Assembly: GCA_027034965.1 (NCBI GenBank)
Contig: JALVWL010000169.1
Coordinates: 1-34,228, forward strand
From: Candidatus Omnitrophota bacterium
Lineage (GTDB): Bacteria; Omnitrophota; Gorgyraeia; S143-82
Direction of reading: 5' to 3'
Length of the DNA: 34,228 nt
Positions within the stretch are counted from its first letter, which is position 1, and each line of letters begins with the position of its first letter. Under the pieces are notes generated by a model. That model saw only the letters and a program-made list of their open reading frames with translations. It searched no databases and had not been told where the DNA came from. Both the position numbers and the translations under genes were made by a program. Positions 30,376 through 34,228 of the stretch are shown piece after piece.

Positions 30376-30589
30376 CTATAGAATTATCCTTCACTTTTAC
30401 CACACCCCTTGTAACCTCGATAGAAAAGCCATCTGCTCCAGAGACCTTCAAAGTCCCCTTTCTCAAGATGCCGACCATAGGACTGTGATGCTCCATCACA
30501 ACAACGTCGCCACCCTCAAGGGGCAGGAAAACACTGTCTCCCTTTCCCTGCCATACCACCTTCTCATTGTCGGCTATCAGAACATCCAT
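30359..30589 (-). CDS. atpC: F1 ATP synthase epsilon subunit, N-terminal beta-sandwich domain only (76 aa)
   Basis: MDVLIADNEKVVWQGKGDSVFLPLEGGDVVVMEHHSPMVGILRKGTLKV...GVVKVKDNSIDVFIR aligns by eye with epsilon N-terminal domains. The ATG at 30589 lies 5 nt after AGGGGG. The stop falls inside the atpZ start region, so there is no room for the C-terminal helical hairpin. Confidence 0.65.
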   Translation of the reverse strand: MDVLIADNEKVVWQGKGDSVFLPLEGGDVVVMEHHSPMVGILRKGTLKVSGADGFSIEVTRGVVKVKDNSIDVFIR

Positions 30590-30621
30590 ATCCACCCCCT
30601 TATATTAACCGGAAGCATATC

Positions 30622-31494
30622 TTATTTACTATAACTTTTGTAATAATACGAACCACTGCCTTTACGGCCAGGGATGTAATTTATTATACCATTAAGGACA
30701 AAAAAGACCTTACTGCACCTGGAATCTTTTAAGAGCTGTACTGCGTGCCTCACACTACCACGAGGAGTCCTATTCATCGCAGTTACAACTATCGCCGCAT
30801 CAACAAAAGGCGCCAATATCCGTGCATCCGAAAACATCCTCACCGGAGAACTGTCGACAAATACAAAATCAAAGCGATCCCTCAATTCATAAAAGAGTTT
30901 AGCCATAACATCCTGTGATATACGTGAAAGCGGAATCTTCTGTCCCCTTGGCAGGATATAGAGACCATCGACCTCTGTCGCCACTATCGCTGAATCAATT
31001 GGCTCGTTATTCAACAGGACATCCGCCAATCCCATTAACTTTGACTCAGGCAGATCAAGGTAGGTCAATGAGGTCTTTAGTGCCCTGAAATCTGCATCAA
31101 GATAAAGGACTTTTCTACCCAAATACCTGCTTATCACTATGGCCTGATTTAGAGAGAAAACTGTCTTGCCCTCCCCTGGTGAAGCGCTAGTTACCAAAAA
31201 GACCTTTGCTCCACCAGAATCCAAGGAAGAGGCAATGTGCCTCAATTCCTCTACCATAGAAGGCCCTATTTCATAATAAGAAAATATATTAGGAGAGACC
31301 TCTCCGAAAAGGATCTTCGGATAAGAAACACCTGAAATCACCTGCGCCTTGGTATCTAGTTTCGAGGCATTCTCTTGAGATATGGTCTCAGAGGCCTCCT
31401 GCACAAGATCTGTTTTCTTCTTTTTTCTATTCTTATCGCCCCCACTATCTCCACCACCGCTCATCTTTCGCAGTGCGTCTGTTATCCTTCCCAT
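30622..31494 (-). CDS. Cytoplasmic BY-type protein tyrosine kinase (exopolysaccharide co-polymerase ATPase)
   Basis: Motifs seen are Walker A SASPGEGKT, Walker A' VLYLDADFR, Walker B FVFVDSSPV and a C-terminal Tyr cluster GSGSYYYKSYSK. Confidence 0.8.
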   Translation of the reverse strand: MGRITDALRKMSGGGDSGGDKNRKKKKTDLVQEASETISQENASKLDTKAQVISGVSYPKILFGEVSPNIFSYYEIGPSMVEELRHIASSLDSGGAKVFLVTSASPGEGKTVFSLNQAIVISRYLGRKVLYLDADFRALKTSLTYLDLPESKLMGLADVLLNNEPIDSAIVATEVDGLYILPRGQKIPLSRISQDVMAKLFYELRDRFDFVFVDSSPVRMFSDARILAPFVDAAIVVTAMNRTPRGSVRHAVQLLKDSRCSKVFFVLNGIINYIPGRKGSGSYYYKSYSK

Positions 31495-32321
31495 AAAGAC
31501 TCTCCTAACTTTACATCATATCCCATCTCAGTCAAGACCTCTTCTACTGTAGAAACTGATATAGGTCGTTCCTGTCTGGCAAATCCTGTAATCAAAGAAT
31601 TATCCGCAATAAGATTCATCAATCGTGGGACACCGTTAGAGGCCCTTGCAATCAACTCTATGGCCTCTACTGTAAAGATATTGTCAGGGTTTCCACCTGA
31701 ACGACGTAATCTGTGCTGTATATAAGAACAGGCCTCATTATGTGACAAGAAAGACAGATGATAATGTAAAAACACCCTCTGCTTAAGCTGACGCATATCT
31801 CTGCGCAATAGCAGGTCTTTCAATTCAGGTTGACCCACCAGGACTATCTGGAGTAATTTTTCGGTCTCCGTCTCAAGGTTTGTCAGCATCCTCACCTCTT
31901 CAAGGACTCCCGGAGAAAGATTCTGAGCCTCATCTATAATCAAGACTACTGTTTTGGCTAAACGTCTTTGTTCTATAAGATAGTCATAAAGAAGGCGAAT
32001 CATCCTTGCCTTAGAATAGGATTGCTTATGAGGAATATCTAGATCCATCAATATTGTCTCCATCAACTGTTTGGGGGATAAGAAGGTATTAAAGATTAGA
32101 ACCACATCAAAAGACGAGCCCAGAGAGTCTATAAATTTCCTCACCACCGTAGTCTTTCCTGCCCCTACCTCTCCTGTCAATACGACCATACCCTTCCTCT
32201 GCTTCACTGAATACATTAGCCTGGAAAGCGCCTCTTCGTGGCCTTCAGAAAAGAAAAACAGAGAAGGATCCGGGGTCAGATTAAATGGATTTCTTTCTAG
32301 ATCGTAGAATTTTTCGAACAT
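31482..32321 (-). CDS. ExeA/GspA-like AAA ATPase of the type linked to PEP-CTERM/exosortase EPS loci
   Basis: The sequence has MFEKFYDLERNPFNLTPDP, Walker A GEVGAGKT, Walker B LIIDEAQNL and VLVGQPEL. The start is ambiguous: the ATG at 32321 is preferred, with an ATG at 32342 or a TTG at 32363 possible. Confidence 0.72.
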   Translation of the reverse strand: MFEKFYDLERNPFNLTPDPSLFFFSEGHEEALSRLMYSVKQRKGMVVLTGEVGAGKTTVVRKFIDSLGSSFDVVLIFNTFLSPKQLMETILMDLDIPHKQSYSKARMIRLLYDYLIEQRRLAKTVVLIIDEAQNLSPGVLEEVRMLTNLETETEKLLQIVLVGQPELKDLLLRRDMRQLKQRVFLHYHLSFLSHNEACSYIQHRLRRSGGNPDNIFTVEAIELIARASNGVPRLMNLIADNSLITGFARQERPISVSTVEEVLTEMGYDVKLGESLWEG

Positions 32322-33471
32322 CTCTTTCCAGTTCCTCTTCATTAAACCTGGATAGTTCTCCAATTACCTTACCCATAGGCGTCAGATAACTTTTTGCATC
32401 CTGAACCCCCTTAAATGAGGTATCCAGGAGCTCTGATAATATCATCAGGAAAAAGCCAAGCGCTGCACCCAATACCACACCAAAGACCGTATATTTTATT
32501 CGATTAGGCCTTACAGGTTTTGTGGGCACCCTTGGAGGATCCAATACTCTAAACTTCAATCCCTGCTTAGAAGACTCAAGGCTCTGAGTAATCTTGGCCG
32601 TCTCTAATCTCTTCTTCAACATTGCGTATATCTCTTCATTAATCCTCTTATCCTTCTCAATAGCATCTGCCTCATCATCCAGATTATCGGCAGAAGACTT
32701 TATCTTATCGTACTCTACCATTAGGTCCCTATAAACCTTTTTCTCCTGCTCGGTCCTTGGAGTGGCAGAAGATATCTTCTTAATATTTTCCTCTTCTTTC
32801 TTCAATTCCTGTTCTAGTTTTGCTATCTTGTTTCTCAGTTCTATGACCAGGGGATGTTTTTCAGTAGAATCGATTAACAAGTCTTGCAACTTCTTTTTAT
32901 ATTTCTTCAATTCATCCTGTTTTATCCTATATTTGTAGAGGGCAATTTGATTTTTGATAAACTCTATGGCTGTGGTCGTCTCCTTTCCTTGAGACTCCAG
33001 GTTCTGGGATATAAAGTTGTCAGCTACAATCTTGACCACATCCCTTACCATAACCGGATCCTTCCCCCTGAAGGAGATACGCACCACATTGCCACCCTTA
33101 GGCATTGAAACGTATATATTTTTCCTAAACTCTCTCACCAGGTCCTCGAGATCCTCTTGGGTATATATACGTTTATCCAGGCCAAGCTCTTTTATAAGAT
33201 TGACCATACTGTTCCAGGACAATATCTGCTCCTTAGTAGTGGGCAGACGATTGTGCACACTACTCGAAACCGCCAAGCCACTTATAAGTGGGTTCATAAG
33301 CTTTTGTTCCTCAACCAAGATAAGTGTAGAGGCAACGTACTCTTTAGGGATAAAACCACTCCCTATAAATGCGCCGATCCCAACAATAAACATCGGCACT
33401 ATAACAAGCCACTTCCTCCGCCATAGCAGATTCAGATAGGCAAATATATTAAGCCCCTGCGTTATCTCCAT
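32281..33471 (-). CDS. Polysaccharide chain-length determinant (Wzz/GumC-type PCP, no kinase domain)
   Basis: The N-terminal TM (WLVIVPMFIVGIGAFIGSGFI) is followed by the Wzz motif PKEYVASTLILVE and a long coiled-coil region. A proline-rich PPRVPTKPVRPNR precedes the C-terminal TM. The ATG at 33471 lies 5 nt after AGGGAG, whereas the track start at 33477 is a GTG. Confidence 0.8.
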   Translation of the reverse strand: MEITQGLNIFAYLNLLWRRKWLVIVPMFIVGIGAFIGSGFIPKEYVASTLILVEEQKLMNPLISGLAVSSSVHNRLPTTKEQILSWNSMVNLIKELGLDKRIYTQEDLEDLVREFRKNIYVSMPKGGNVVRISFRGKDPVMVRDVVKIVADNFISQNLESQGKETTTAIEFIKNQIALYKYRIKQDELKKYKKKLQDLLIDSTEKHPLVIELRNKIAKLEQELKKEEENIKKISSATPRTEQEKKVYRDLMVEYDKIKSSADNLDDEADAIEKDKRINEEIYAMLKKRLETAKITQSLESSKQGLKFRVLDPPRVPTKPVRPNRIKYTVFGVVLGAALGFFLMILSELLDTSFKGVQDAKSYLTPMGKVIGELSRFNEEELERDVRKILRSRKKSI

Positions 33472-33493
33472 AAGCACTCCCTATTTTCTAGAC

Positions 33494-33692
33494 ATTTTAA
33501 ACCGGATTATGCATTTTAGATAACTCAAAAGTCAAATCTCAAATCTCAAATCCACAACTTAAAACTTAAGAATGAAGAATGGAGCATGGAGAATGAAGGA
33601 AATTTTTTATTAAGAAGGAAAAAGATCCCAGTAAATAAGAATCCTTCATGCTTCATGCTTCATTCTCAAAACTTTGGTTACAGTTTTTAGTT
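33494..33692. repeat. Intergenic repeat module, copy B (hairpin-forming, built from heptamer repeats)
   Basis: See copy A for the shared elements. Arms 33577-33600 and 33642-33665 are complementary at 21/24 positions, with 2 further G-T pairs, around a 41-nt loop. Three tandem-heptamer blocks are present. Confidence 0.9.
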
Positions 33693-33751
33693 AATATTAT
33701 TGCGTAATTTTGATCTAATTATTCTAACATATCATATTGTAAAACAAAAAC

Positions 33752-33776
33752 ATAAAATTTTTAATAAAAATTTTAT
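33752..33776. repeat. Perfect 12+1+12 all-A/T palindrome
   Basis: The sequence is ataaaattttta-a-taaaaattttat. It lies in the very AT-rich stretch between the argG stop and repeat copy B. Confidence 0.85.
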
Positions 33777-33844
33777 AAAATTGCTGCCAATAAAGGGGCA
33801 TCAATTATCTCTCAATTAATAAATCCCCTTACCTCTGAGATTGC

Positions 33845-34228
33845 CTATTCAAAAGGCAGGCCCCAGAGCTTTATAAAGCCTTCGGCTGCCTTATGGTCGA
33901 ATTTATCCGTACTATCGTAGGTAGCCAGTCTCTTTTTATAGCGGGAGAATCTCGACTTACGTCCCACGACCTTTACCCATCCTGGACCTATCTTCAGTCT
34001 TACCAGACCTGAGACAGTCCTCTGCGTCTCAGTCACGAACGCAGACATAGCCCTTCTTAAGGGGGAAAACCAGAGGCCAAAATAGACCAACTGGGCAAAT
34101 CTATTGCTAATCATGGACTTAAAATGAAGGGTATCTCTATCCAGTACCAGCATCTCGAGTTCCCTGTGCGCAGTATAGAGTATCTCTGCTGCTGGGGCCT
34201 CATAGATTTCACGCGATTTTATTCCAAC
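33845..34228 (-). CDS. argG: Argininosuccinate synthase, C-terminal 127 codons (5' end off the window)
   Basis: The frame is open from base 34228 and reads VGIKSREIYEAPAAEILYTAHRELEMLVLDRDT...FIKLWGLPFE. The track shows only the part from the internal Met at 34153. Confidence 0.88.
   Translation of the reverse strand, partial: VGIKSREIYEAPAAEILYTAHRELEMLVLDRDTLHFKSMISNRFAQLVYFGLWFSPLRRAMSAFVTETQRTVSGLVRLKIGPGWVKVVGRKSRFSRYKKRLATYDSTDKFDHKAAEGFIKLWGLPFE

Noticed and set aside
33531-33665. CRISPR array or iteron-type origin as an explanation for the short tandem repeats
   Set aside because: The repeats are 7 nt and contiguous with no spacers. There are no cas genes, and no rep or dnaA-box context is visible.
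33793-33830. The hairpin aagggg-N26-cccctt downstream of argG as a rho-independent terminator
   Set aside because: The stem is only 6 bp with a 26-nt loop, and it is not followed by a U-run on the transcribed strand (TATTGGCAGC). This is too weak to call.

Overview
This is a 34.2-kb bacterial chromosomal window, AT-rich by eye (composition not computed). Every credible gene lies on the minus strand, and the plus-strand ORFs in the track look like shadow frames. Packing is very tight, with about 16 start/stop overlaps. Only two intergenic gaps exceed 250 bp.

Gene order in the direction of transcription (high to low coordinates):
- argG (5' end off the window)
- An AT-rich gap carrying a repeat module
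- An exopolysaccharide trio: chain-length determinant, ExeA-like AAA ATPase and BY-tyrosine kinase
- A complete F-type ATP synthase operon in the unusual order epsilon(short)-atpZ-atpI-a-c-b-delta-alpha-gamma-beta. Its c subunit carries a full Na+-binding signature.
- glgA with a roughly 100-aa lysine-rich N-terminal extension
- A 14-gene chemosensory cluster. It holds the Che core (cheW, one MCP, cheB, cheR, cheA, two cheY) plus two HDOD proteins, a HEAT-repeat protein, a PilZ protein, a CheC-FliN fusion, a small unknown protein and a lipoprotein.
- argD-argF-cdaA, lipA, an orphan pilM-like gene, folE and cvpA
- A second copy of the repeat module
- ccdA plus a TlpA-like thioredoxin, then cimA
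- tRNA-Thr-rpmG-tRNA-Trp-secE-nusG-rplK

I saw no transposase, integrase, CRISPR array, rRNA or recognisable defence genes.

The most interesting candidates are:
1. The composite chemosensory/c-di-GMP-type cluster.
2. The rearranged, probably Na+-coupled ATP synthase with a truncated epsilon encoded first.
3. A roughly 200-bp hairpin-forming module built from heptamer repeats. It sits in both large intergenic gaps, in the same orientation upstream of envelope operons.
4. The basic tail on GlgA.

All functional calls rest on motif recognition by eye. No database search was run.
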